A stretch of DNA of 64,000 nt from Candidatus Levyibacteriota bacterium (GTDB taxonomy: Bacteria; Patescibacteriota; Microgenomatia; Levybacterales; UBA12049). Of the stretch, positions 1 to 8,670 are shown in pieces. The notes under the pieces are model-generated. The model was not told the origin of the DNA, ran no database searches, and saw nothing but the letters and a program-made list of their open reading frames with translations. The position numbers were made by a program, and so were the translations under genes. Numbering within the stretch: the stretch's first letter is position 1; every line of letters starts with the position of its first letter. The stretch covers positions 195,411 to 259,410 of the forward strand of contig DAIDHK010000001.1 in assembly GCA_027459725.1 (NCBI GenBank), given 5' to 3'.

Positions 1-88
1 GCTTAGAGTAAGGCATGTAAACCTCCTTACGATGTGCATGGGAGGCGTTTTTGATTCTAATTAAAAAATCAGCAATATGATAATTCAT
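1..88 (-). CDS. rpsH: 30S ribosomal protein S8, N-terminal part (runs off the window edge)
   Basis: Manual translation from ATG at 88: MNYHIADFLIRIKNASHAHRKEVYMPYSK, matching the S8 N-terminus; lies directly after S14. Confidence 0.93.
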   Translation of the reverse strand, partial: MNYHIADFLIRIKNASHAHRKEVYMPYSK

Positions 89-97
89 AACTTTATT

Positions 98-283
98 TTA
101 CCAGGTAGCCTTAACCACTCCTGGCAATTCTCCTTTCGATGCACGCTCACGAAAACATAAGCGGCATAAACCAAACCGTCTAATATAACCTCTTGAACGG
201 CCACAAATCCCACAAATATTTACATATCTTGTAGGATATTTTAACTTTCTGTCATAACGAACAACGTCCGATGTTTTTGCCAT
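98..283 (-). CDS. rpsN: 30S ribosomal protein S14, zinc-binding type Z
   Basis: 61 aa; CGICGRSRG...[10 protein letters not shown]...GELPGV; spc operon position. Confidence 0.97.
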   Translation of the reverse strand: MAKTSDVVRYDRKLKYPTRYVNICGICGRSRGYIRRFGLCRLCFRERASKGELPGVVKATW

Positions 284-360
284 AATTTTATTATATTAAT
301 TTATCCAGCTTCGGAATTATAACAAATCTGACTCAATTATCCAAACCAATCTCTTTAATA

Positions 361-906
361 TCACTTGTCTTTCGTAAACGGTATACCCAAAGCTTCCATT
401 AGAGCGAATCCTTTTTCGTCAGTTCCAGCATTAGTAACCACAACAACTTCCAAACCTTGAATTCTGTCAACAGTTGATAAATCGATTTCAGGAAAAACCG
501 AATATTCCGGGAAACCTAAAGCATAGTTACCATGACCATCAAAACTGGTTCTACTGACTCCGCGAAAATCTTTAATACGTGGCAAGACAATAGTAATAAT
601 CTTTTCTAAAAATTCGTACATTCTTTTGCCATGCATAGTCACAACTACACCGATTGCGTCTCCTTCGCGCAATTTAAAGGTAGCAATTGATTTTTTAGAT
701 CTTACAACCTTGGGCTTTTGACCAGTAATCTGAGTCATTATTTCTACTGCTTTGGTCATATGCTTTTTATCCAAAACAGCATCTTTTACACCCATATTCA
801 CCACGATCTTCTTCATAATGGGAGTAGCCATGACATTTTTAATACCCAACTTTTGTTGTAGTTCTTTAGCAATTTTTTCTTTATATCTTTTTTCTAATGT
901 ATCCAT
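361..906 (-). CDS. rplE: 50S ribosomal protein L5
   Basis: KIVVNMG, ITGQKP, FKLREG, LPRIKDFRG, FDGHGNY motifs. Confidence 0.98.
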   Translation of the reverse strand: MDTLEKRYKEKIAKELQQKLGIKNVMATPIMKKIVVNMGVKDAVLDKKHMTKAVEIMTQITGQKPKVVRSKKSIATFKLREGDAIGVVVTMHGKRMYEFLEKIITIVLPRIKDFRGVSRTSFDGHGNYALGFPEYSVFPEIDLSTVDRIQGLEVVVVTNAGTDEKGFALMEALGIPFTKDK

Positions 907-930
907 ATATTTAACTTTTGTTTAGAATAT

Positions 931-1236
931 TTATATCGCCTCCCCGCATTTCTTACATATTCTTTCTTTAGCATCTTTGTTGATAGAAAAACCTACACGA
1001 GTCGGCTTCTTGCATTTTGGACAAATCAATTGTACGTTCGCCAAGGGTAAAGGTTTAGTAATAGAGATAATCTCTGATCTCTGTCCTTGAGCACGAGCTT
1101 TGACATGACGCTTAAATTGATTGATACCTTCTACCAAAACTTTATTCTCTTTAGCAAAAACACGCTCAACCTTGCCGGTCTTGCCCACATCTTTTCCTCT
1201 TATAATTTTTACTTCATCATTTTTCCTTAATTTCAT
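931..1236 (-). CDS. rplX: 50S ribosomal protein L24
   Basis: KOW motif D.VKIIRGKD.GK.GKV, VEGIN; operon order. Confidence 0.97.
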   Translation of the reverse strand: MKLRKNDEVKIIRGKDVGKTGKVERVFAKENKVLVEGINQFKRHVKARAQGQRSEIISITKPLPLANVQLICPKCKKPTRVGFSINKDAKERICKKCGEAI

Positions 1237-1285
1237 AAACTTTTAACCCTTTCACAGAACTAACCTACTTGTTTTAAGCCCATCA

Positions 1286-1660
1286 TCATACGACTTCCGG
1301 TGCCATACTTGCAATCTTGGTAAAACCCACATCACGTACTTCTCTGGCAATGGGCCCAAAAATACGCGTACCGCGTGGATTTTTGTCATTTGGATTGTCA
1401 ATCAAGACAGCTGCATTATCAGAAAAACGAACATACGAACCATCCGGACGGCGATATTCTTTCCTAGTACGCACAACAACTGCCTTTACTAATTCTCCAT
1501 CAGCTACTGCACCGTGTGGGGTAGCTAATTTTACTACACAATTAACAATATCACCAATTGTTCCGCTCTTTCGATTAGAACCACCGAAAATATGTACTAC
1601 CTGCAGAATTCTGGCACCTGAATTATCTGCTGATGTTAACATTGATCTAAGCTGAATCAT
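1286..1660 (-). CDS. rplN: 50S ribosomal protein L14
   Basis: MIQ...ADNSGA...F.DNAAV...[11 protein letters not shown]...APEV. Confidence 0.98.
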   Translation of the reverse strand: MIQLRSMLTSADNSGARILQVVHIFGGSNRKSGTIGDIVNCVVKLATPHGAVADGELVKAVVVRTRKEYRRPDGSYVRFSDNAAVLIDNPNDKNPRGTRIFGPIAREVRDVGFTKIASMAPEVV

Positions 1661-1661
1661 A

Positions 1662-1913
1662 TTATTTCTTTTCCTCCTTGTTTCCTGTTATTGTTTGCAA
1701 AACAAAATGCTTACCTTTAGAAATTGGTTTGGTTTCAACAATGACTACAATGTCTCCATTTTTTACTGTTTTACCGGCTGTATCAGCCTTAAAACGACTC
1801 GTTTGTTTTAACAATTTTTTATATAAAGGATGAGGAACACGACGTGTTACCTCTACCACAATTGTATTTTGCATTGCAGTTGATACAACTGCCCCTGTAA
1901 TTGTCTTAGCCAT
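1662..1913 (-). CDS. rpsQ: 30S ribosomal protein S17
   Basis: G.VVS..MQNTIVV...HPLYKK...ETKPISK. Confidence 0.97.
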   Translation of the reverse strand: MAKTITGAVVSTAMQNTIVVEVTRRVPHPLYKKLLKQTSRFKADTAGKTVKNGDIVVIVETKPISKGKHFVLQTITGNKEEKK

Positions 1914-2112
1914 TTGTTTGCTCCTTTCTTGCCAGATGAGTCAAAAGATATGATATCTCTTTTCTCTTCCAGAATTCCAGCCGGGTATTTTTATTCTTAC
2001 CCAAAGCTTTATCCATTTGAATATCAAACAGACTTTTTCTTGCCTCTTTAAGCATTTGTCTAAGTTCTGTTGTTGATTTGTTAATTAGATCTTTTTTATC
2101 TCTCAATTTCAT
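1906..2112 (-). CDS. rpmC: 50S ribosomal protein L29
   Basis: 68 aa basic helical protein between L16 and S17. Confidence 0.9.
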   Translation of the reverse strand: MKLRDKKDLINKSTTELRQMLKEARKSLFDIQMDKALGKNKNTRLEFWKRKEISYLLTHLARKEQTNG

Positions 2113-2116
2113 ATTT

Positions 2117-2527
2117 CTATTCCTCTTTAGTAATAAATCTAGTTTTAACGGGCAATTTATGAGCGGCTAACCTCAAAGCCTCCGAGGCTACTTCCGCACT
2201 GACTCCAGCCATCTCAAATAAAATTCTACCAGGCTTTACAGGTGCTACATATTCATGGACATCACCTTTCCCACTCCCCATACGTACCTCTGGTGGTTTT
2301 TTGGTAATTGGCTTATCTGGAAAAATTCTGATCCAGACACGACCACCACGGGCCGTGAAATGAGTAATAGCACGACGTGCAGCCTCAATTTGACGGCTAC
2401 TTATCCAACCCATATCCAACGCAGTGAGCCCATATTCCCCATAGGTAAGAGAGGTACCATTGTAAGCATCCCCCTTCATCATTCCACGCATCTGTTTACG
2501 ATATTTAACTCTTCTTGGTGCCAACAT
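2117..2527 (-). CDS. rplP: 50S ribosomal protein L16
   Basis: [35 protein letters not shown]. Confidence 0.98.
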   Translation of the reverse strand: MLAPRRVKYRKQMRGMMKGDAYNGTSLTYGEYGLTALDMGWISSRQIEAARRAITHFTARGGRVWIRIFPDKPITKKPPEVRMGSGKGDVHEYVAPVKPGRILFEMAGVSAEVASEALRLAAHKLPVKTRFITKEE

Positions 2528-3177
2528 TATTTAATTCCTCCTTCAGTTTTATGAATCCAGACCTTTACACCAATATAACCCTTAGTAGTCAACGCTGGTA
2601 CTGACGCATATTCGATATCCTCACGAATCGTAGATAGCGGTACTGTACCTACCTGAATCTTCTCTGTACGATGAATTTCAGCTCCTGCAATACGTCCGGA
2701 AAGCACTATACGTACCCCTTTAGCGCCACTACTCATCACACGATCAGAAATCTGTACCAATACACGCTTATAAGGCAAGCGGCGGACTAACATATCAGCA
2801 ATATTTTTGGCGACTAAATAGGCATCTAAATTAGGTTCTTTGACTGGTTCAACGCGCAATTCTAGCTTAGGAGCCTGTTTACCATGTTGTTTTTTCAAAA
2901 ATGAGTTCAAGGTCCTCTTTAATTCTTCAATTCCTGATCCTGAACGGCCGATAACCATACCTGGCTTTGCCACAGAAAGAATAATCTGTAAACTATTAAT
3001 AGAGCGCTCTATTTCCACGGAAGAAATTCCGGATTTTTCCAGTTTCTTAAACAAGATATTACGCAAGTGATAATCTTCCAGCACCACATCTTTGTACTTT
3101 TTATCATCAAACCAGCGACTCTTCCAGGTGTCAGTTACTTGTAATCTTAATAATGTTGGATTAATTTTTTGACCCAT
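2527..3177 (-). CDS. rpsC: 30S ribosomal protein S3
   Basis: [19 protein letters not shown] motif, [15 protein letters not shown]. Confidence 0.98.
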   Translation of the reverse strand: MGQKINPTLLRLQVTDTWKSRWFDDKKYKDVVLEDYHLRNILFKKLEKSGISSVEIERSINSLQIILSVAKPGMVIGRSGSGIEELKRTLNSFLKKQHGKQAPKLELRVEPVKEPNLDAYLVAKNIADMLVRRLPYKRVLVQISDRVMSSGAKGVRIVLSGRIAGAEIHRTEKIQVGTVPLSTIREDIEYASVPALTTKGYIGVKVWIHKTEGGIK

Positions 3178-3180
3178 ATT

Positions 3181-3522
3181 TTATTTACTTTCTAAGACAA
3201 CTGTTATATTACTGCTTCTCTTTTTGTAAGGATGAATTCTTCCCCTAGTAGAAGCATGATAACGCTTCAGAGCCTGACCTTCGTTTACAATAATTTCCGC
3301 AATACGCAATTGATCTCTCTGTAATTTAGCATTATTGACCGCATTAGCTACAGCACTTTGCATCACCTCTACTAATATGTTAGCTGCTCTTTTGCGCAAC
3401 AAAGGAAGCTGACCTAAAGCCTGTTCTAAAGGCAAATTTCGCACAGCATCAGCAACCAGGCGAACCTTTCTTGGACTGACTTTAACTTGTTTAGCTGTTG
3501 CATGTACTTTCATATTATTCAT
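3181..3522 (-). CDS. rplV: 50S ribosomal protein L22
   Basis: SPRKVRLVAD, SAVANA.NN, RGR..PYKKRSSNIT. Confidence 0.97.
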   Translation of the reverse strand: MNNMKVHATAKQVKVSPRKVRLVADAVRNLPLEQALGQLPLLRKRAANILVEVMQSAVANAVNNAKLQRDQLRIAEIIVNEGQALKRYHASTRGRIHPYKKRSSNITVVLESK

Positions 3523-3806
3523 TATGTTTTACTAATTTCGCGCGCTACTACTCTCCCATGACTTCTAAAAGTACGAGTAGCGGCAAATTCACCAAGTCTT
3601 CGTCCTACCATACTTTCTGAGATCAGTACGTTTACAAAAATTCTGCCATTATGTACTGCAATTGTATGACCGACAAATTCCGGTGGGATTTGACAGGCTC
3701 TGAACCATGTCTTGATAGGACCATGATCACCGGTCTGCTTTTGCTTTTGCACCTTTTTCATTAATCTTTCGTCAATATACGGACCTTTTTTACTACTTCT
3801 TGCCAT
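3522..3806 (-). CDS. rpsS: 30S ribosomal protein S19
   Basis: [31 protein letters not shown]. Confidence 0.98.
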   Translation of the reverse strand: MARSSKKGPYIDERLMKKVQKQKQTGDHGPIKTWFRACQIPPEFVGHTIAVHNGRIFVNVLISESMVGRRLGEFAATRTFRSHGRVVAREISKT

Positions 3807-3889
3807 AAAAAATCCAAAAGTTAAAATTCAAAATAATATTCAAGACCAAAGATTTATTAATTCTGTTCTTTGAATTTAGAATTCTGATT

Positions 3890-4651
3890 TTACTTGTGTG
3901 ATCCTCCTTTTCTTCTTTGAACAATATACTTATCAGAATACTTATTTGGTCGTCGTCGCTTTCCCACTGCTGAATTACCAGCATAATTCTTGGGTGAGGA
4001 CATACCAATACCCGAACGTCCTTCTCCTCCTCCATGAGGATGAGAACGAGGATTCATAGCTACACCTCGTACGTTAGGACGAATACCCCGATGTCTCGAA
4101 CGTCCCGCTTTGCCTAAAACCTCATTTTTCCAGTTAACTTTACCTACTTGACCTATTGTAGCGTAGCCACTAGCATCAACTTTGCGAATTTCAGTCGAAG
4201 GCATTCTTAAAAAAACTAACCCTCCTTCACTGGCATTTACTATTACGCTTGTTCCTGCACCGCGGGCAATTTGTCCTCCTTTACCAGGAGTCAATTCTAC
4301 ATTATGTACAACTGTACCAACTGGAATCTTGACCAGGGGCAAGGCATTCCCGGGCTTAATATCCGCACTAGGAGAAGCTACAATACTATCTCCTATCTTT
4401 AGCCCTTCAGGAGCCAAAATATATCGCTTTTCCCCATCACTATAATGGATTAAAGCAATATCACATGTCCTGTTTGGATCATATTCAATAGTGACAACCT
4501 TACCATCTACATCAACTTTATTGCGCTTAAAATCGATAACGCGATAAAAACGCTTATGCTCCCCACCCTGATGCCTTACAGTTACCTGCCCAGCCAAGTT
4601 GCGACCTGAATGCTTTTTGCGAATATGTTTTAGTTTTTTCATATAATTCAT
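3890..4651 (-). CDS. rplB: 50S ribosomal protein L2 (short N-terminus)
   Basis: [36 protein letters not shown]. Confidence 0.98.
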   Translation of the reverse strand: MNYMKKLKHIRKKHSGRNLAGQVTVRHQGGEHKRFYRVIDFKRNKVDVDGKVVTIEYDPNRTCDIALIHYSDGEKRYILAPEGLKIGDSIVASPSADIKPGNALPLVKIPVGTVVHNVELTPGKGGQIARGAGTSVIVNASEGGLVFLRMPSTEIRKVDASGYATIGQVGKVNWKNEVLGKAGRSRHRGIRPNVRGVAMNPRSHPHGGGEGRSGIGMSSPKNYAGNSAVGKRRRPNKYSDKYIVQRRKGGSHK

Positions 4652-4695
4652 TCATAGACTATGAGGCTAATTGTAGCATACAATAGCCGCAAAGT

Positions 4696-4986
4696 CTAAG
4701 CACCTAATTCAAATAAACTGATTTTTTGTCCTGACTTAAGTTCAACCAAGGCTTTTTTAAAAATTGAAGCAGAAACTTTTTGACGATTACGACCAATCCG
4801 TTTACGTTTACCTTTAACCACCGTGGTCATGACACTCACAACATTTACAGAAAAGCTACTTTCAACCGCCTTTTTGATATCTTTTTTACCAGCACTTTGA
4901 GCTACAATAAACGAATATTTTCCTTTTTCAGCCTCGGCCATAGATTTTTCTGTAATTAATGGTTTATATATAGCTTTCATAATCAT
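4696..4986 (-). CDS. rplW: 50S ribosomal protein L23
   Basis: P.ITEKS, KY.F.V, IKKAVE..F.V.V, KKA.V.L. Confidence 0.97.
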   Translation of the reverse strand: MIMKAIYKPLITEKSMAEAEKGKYSFIVAQSAGKKDIKKAVESSFSVNVVSVMTTVVKGKRKRIGRNRQKVSASIFKKALVELKSGQKISLFELGA

Positions 4987-5720
4987 TTCCCCAACCTTTT
5001 TTGCAAACTCTCAACTGCTTCTTGAGCAAATAAAATTTGTCGAGCCGTTAAAACATCATAGGCATTCAATCTGGCTGCCGAAGTCAGGGTAACCCCCTCC
5101 AGATTTCTGGCCGCACGTACTATATTTCCAGTACCATCATTAATAACAACCAGCAACTTGTCATTACTCTTATTTCTAAGCTTTAAGTTACTTAATGCAG
5201 CTGCCATAGCTTTAGTTTTGGCTTCCATCGTGGCCAAACCAGATACTACTTTGATCTCCTGACCTTTCAATTTTGCTGATAAAACACTAGTCAAGGCTTT
5301 TTGACGCATCTTTTGTGGCATTGTCATACTAAAGTCAACTGGTCTTGGACCATGAGAAACTCCTCCATAATGAACAAATAAAGGAGCTTTTAAGGAACCA
5401 TGACGAGCGCGCCCTGTCCCTTTTTGGCGATAGATTTTGCGGGTAGAAGCGGAAACTTCTCCTCGTGTTTTGGTAGACCTTGTACCTTGACGCTGATTAG
5501 CCAAATACACACGCACTGCTTGCGCAATTATAGCTTTATTAGCAGCCACACCGAAAACATGCTTAGCAAGCTCCAACTGACCAGTTACTTTACCATTAAC
5601 ATCAAATACATCGACAGTCAAATCTGACTCTTTTTTCACAGTTTTAGAAGCAACAGTCTTTTTAACGACTGCACTGGTAGTAGTGACTTTTTTTGCTGTC
5701 TTTTTTACTGCTTCTGCCAT
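4983..5720 (-). CDS. rplD: 50S ribosomal protein L4 with Lys/Thr-rich N-terminal extension
   Basis: RQGT.STKTRGEVS, RQKGTGRARHGS, GG.SHGP.P. Confidence 0.98.
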   Translation of the reverse strand: MAEAVKKTAKKVTTTSAVVKKTVASKTVKKESDLTVDVFDVNGKVTGQLELAKHVFGVAANKAIIAQAVRVYLANQRQGTRSTKTRGEVSASTRKIYRQKGTGRARHGSLKAPLFVHYGGVSHGPRPVDFSMTMPQKMRQKALTSVLSAKLKGQEIKVVSGLATMEAKTKAMAAALSNLKLRNKSNDKLLVVINDGTGNIVRAARNLEGVTLTSAARLNAYDVLTARQILFAQEAVESLQKRLGK

Positions 5721-5721
5721 A

Positions 5722-6534
5722 TTATTTAGCTTCCTCCATGGACTTTTCTACTTTTACTTCTGAAGTTGGTGCTGCAGATTCAAATTTGGTTTCTTCAACT
5801 TGATTAGTCACTTCAGCTTTAGGCGCTTGGGTATTGGCAGGTTCTTCACTAACCGGCATACCGTCCATATTTTCCATGCGCAACATTGGGCTGAACTTTT
5901 TATCAGCCATTTTACCTGTCTTCTTAATAACCACGAATGAATTCAGATGTCCTGGGACTAAACCGGCTAAATATACTTTGTTTCCAATAATATCAGCTAC
6001 AAATAAGTTTTGTACTGTAACAGTATCTGAACCCATACGCCCAGCCATTCTTTTGCCTTTATACACCCGTCCAGGAGTAGTAGTTTGCCCCAAAGAACCA
6101 GGAGCACGTTCACGGTCAGACTGACCATGAGTTCTGGGACCACCACGAAAATTGTGTCTTTTTACTACCCCCGCCCAGCCTTTACCTTTGGAAGTACCTG
6201 TAGCATTAACGATGTCACCAGGTTGTAAAACATCGGTCAAACTGATTACCGCACCTACTTCCGGCATAACTTCATTGACATCAAAAAACCGCACCTCTTT
6301 AATGACTTTTGGTGCGGCAGTTAGATTGGCTTTCTTAGCGGTTCCGAGTTGACTGCGAGTAGGATTCTTATGAACACCCGCGCCAATTTGTACGGCATTA
6401 TAGCCTTCTTTAGCCATACTTTTGCTAGCCAAAACTTTATTTGGATTAACACAAACTACCGTGACTGGAATTCTAGTCCCGTTTGTTAAAAATCTTTGTG
6501 TTTGTTCTGATTTTTGACCAATTATTGTCTGCAT
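5722..6534 (-). CDS. rplC: 50S ribosomal protein L3 with acidic C-terminal extension
   Basis: GTSKGKG.AGVVKRHNF, HGQSDRERAPGS, GRV.KGKRMAGRMG. Confidence 0.98.
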   Translation of the reverse strand: MQTIIGQKSEQTQRFLTNGTRIPVTVVCVNPNKVLASKSMAKEGYNAVQIGAGVHKNPTRSQLGTAKKANLTAAPKVIKEVRFFDVNEVMPEVGAVISLTDVLQPGDIVNATGTSKGKGWAGVVKRHNFRGGPRTHGQSDRERAPGSLGQTTTPGRVYKGKRMAGRMGSDTVTVQNLFVADIIGNKVYLAGLVPGHLNSFVVIKKTGKMADKKFSPMLRMENMDGMPVSEEPANTQAPKAEVTNQVEETKFESAAPTSEVKVEKSMEEAK

Positions 6535-6569
6535 ATGTACCCCTTGTGCTAATAATTTTTATCATTTTC

Positions 6570-6616
6570 AAAAAAAAGACAGCCTCTCGACTATCTGTTG
6601 TTGACGATAGAACCTG
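6570..6616 (-). promoter_or_regulatory. Hairpin plus U8 tract in the rpsJ-rplC spacer; candidate attenuator or ribosomal-protein leader
   Basis: Minus strand CAGGTT-CTATC-GTCAACAACA-GATAG-TCGAG-AGGCTG-TC-T8, downstream of two TATAAT hexamers (6624-6629, 6638-6643). Confidence 0.4.
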
Positions 6617-6693
6617 AACAAGTATTATACAGTTAGGATTATACTATATATCATTGTTTGGCATCAATATCTATCAAATATAATCTTTTAAGA

Positions 6694-7002
6694 TTACATT
6701 TTAATCTCAACATCAACTCCAGCCGGTAATTCCAAATGAGTAAGACTATCAATAGTTTTGTCAGTAGGAGAAATAATATCAACTAATCTCTTATGCACAC
6801 AGATCTGAAAATGATCTCGGTGATTCTTTTCAACGAAAGGAGCTTTATTGATAGCATAGACGCTGCGCTGAGTGGGAAGTGGAACTGGACCCACAATCTT
6901 GGCACCGGTTCTAATAGCCGTATCTAATATTTGCTGACAACACGCATCAATTACACGTGAGTCATAGCTTTTCAAACGAACACGAATTCTTCCTTTTGGC
7001 AT
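6694..7002 (-). CDS. rpsJ: 30S ribosomal protein S10
   Basis: IRVRLKSYD, GPVPLPT, HKRLVDI, LELPAGVDVEIK; SD AAGGAG upstream. Confidence 0.98.
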   Translation of the reverse strand: MPKGRIRVRLKSYDSRVIDACCQQILDTAIRTGAKIVGPVPLPTQRSVYAINKAPFVEKNHRDHFQICVHKRLVDIISPTDKTIDSLTHLELPAGVDVEIKM

Positions 7003-7150
7003 AGCTTTATTCTCCTTCTTTCAAAGTTCTTACTTAAAGGTAAAAGTAATTATACAATACTGCGCTCAAATTGTCCATAATTAGGAACGCTTAAAAATAA
7101 AAGGTAATACACTGAGCTAAATTTAAAATAAATATGCTAATATGTTAGCT

Positions 7151-8092
7151 ATGCAGGAGAAAGTTTTTACACCTCTAAAATCCGGTTTCCTGGACGTGAG
7201 TGATGGGTACAAGATTAGATACGCTCAATTTGGCAACCCCCAAGGTAAACCTATTCTTTTTCTTCATGGAGGCCCGGGAGGAGGAGGTTATGAAAGTGAG
7301 ATTTACAATTTGAATTTTTTTGACCTCTCTCAATGGAACATTATAACTTTTGATCAACGAGGAGCAGGTCAAAGTACTCCCTTTGCCAGTGTAGAGAATA
7401 ATACAACTCAAAAAATAATTGAAGATATTGATAAACTCTTAAAATTATTTTCTATTGACAGAATTTTTCTCTATGGTGGTTCCTGGGGGTCAGCGCTTTC
7501 TCTATTTTATGCTATACAAAATCCTCAAAGAATCACCGGCATACTTGTTCGGGGAATTTATTTGGGTTCGAGCAGTGATAATTATCATCTGATCAATGGG
7601 CCTATCAAATACAATTTTCCTGAAAACTGGGAACGTTTTATGAATCTTGTACCTGCAAATCAACAACAAGACGCTCTCTCTTATTATTTAGATAAGATAT
7701 TACATGGAACTGAAAATGAAAAAGATAAATATGCTTATGATTTTGATCTTTATGAATCTGCCTTTTTAACTATGAATCCTACACCAGGAAAGATTGAGAA
7801 AGACATGTCCAATGGAGCGTATCGATCTTTTGCTCCTATTGAGGCAACGTATATGCTCAATTTATGCTTTATGCCTGATAATTATATTTTGAATAATGCC
7901 CATAAACTTTCCAATATCCCAGTAACTATTATTCATGGCCGATATGATTTTATTTGTCCTCCCGCTAACGCATGGAATTTACATAAGACAATACAGAATT
8001 CTAAACTCAAATTTGTTTATGGGGCTCATAGTGCCAGAGAGGATGATATGCAAAAATTAATCACGGATGAATTGTCAATAATGGTAAAATAA
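7151..8092 (+). CDS. pip: Prolyl aminopeptidase (alpha/beta hydrolase, S33)
   Basis: HGGPG, DQRGAG.S.P, GGSWGS nucleophile elbow, HGRYD..CP. Start set to ATG 7151, 7 nt after TGcTAATAT. Confidence 0.9.
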   Translation: MQEKVFTPLKSGFLDVSDGYKIRYAQFGNPQGKPILFLHGGPGGGGYESEIYNLNFFDLSQWNIITFDQRGAGQSTPFASVENNTTQKIIEDIDKLLKLFSIDRIFLYGGSWGSALSLFYAIQNPQRITGILVRGIYLGSSSDNYHLINGPIKYNFPENWERFMNLVPANQQQDALSYYLDKILHGTENEKDKYAYDFDLYESAFLTMNPTPGKIEKDMSNGAYRSFAPIEATYMLNLCFMPDNYILNNAHKLSNIPVTIIHGRYDFICPPANAWNLHKTIQNSKLKFVYGAHSAREDDMQKLITDELSIMVK

Positions 8093-8167
8093 CTGCACGA
8101 AAAGATCTTTAATAAATCCCCTAATGGATTATATTTACCCTCGATTAGTGTTAAAATTCCCAACAAT

Positions 8168-8455
8168 ATGAATAAAGAGAGTCCAGCTTATCAGAACTCA
8201 CATCTTGAACAAATCAGAAGACAATTCATGGATACCAACGAACATCGGGACATTTCAATTTAAACAAGACTAATGGATTCAGAAGAATTAACAAAAGCAT
8301 ATGTAATTTTCCCCCACCTGAGCAATCTGCCTGATGGTGCCTTTATTGTAGATAAAGACTCAGGTAAGGGGACCATTGCAGAGCACACTGCTCGATATTT
8401 CCGCAATGCAAGAGTAATTGCCATGGATATCTCTCTGCTGCTATACCGAAGGTAA
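8168..8455 (+). pseudogene. Degraded, truncated class I SAM methyltransferase fragment
   Basis: ATG 8168 is in frame with ORF 8273-8455 but interrupted by TAA at 8261-8263. IVDKDSGKGTIAE...ARVIAMDIS resembles a decayed motif I and post-I, then the ORF stops. Confidence 0.55.
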
Positions 8456-8670
8456 AAGATTACGAAACATTCTTACAGAAATGAAAAGATAATGCTAAAA
8501 ATTTATAGCTGGAAAAAGTAACCGCAGCCTCATCCTAACCTCTAATAAGGCTTAAACAAAATTTGTTTTTAAACTCCAAGTGAAACATATTTATTTAATC
8601 CCAAATAAAAATGTATATTTTCTTTTATCTCTTATTGACAAGACAGATCTTACTTAGTCATTATAATGAT

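Noticed and set aside
4664-4688. Hairpin GGCT-A-ATTGTA-GCA-TACAAT-AGCC between rplW and rplB
   Set aside because: No U-tract and no second copy noticed; cannot be distinguished from an ordinary intergenic stem.
1317-6352. Plus-strand and alternate-frame ORFs overlapping ribosomal protein genes (e.g. 1317-1655, 2255-2554, 3793-4035, 5834-6124)
   Set aside because: Shadow ORFs of highly conserved genes with no motifs; the same applies to antisense ORFs over tuf, fusA, clpB, the kinase and nrdJ.
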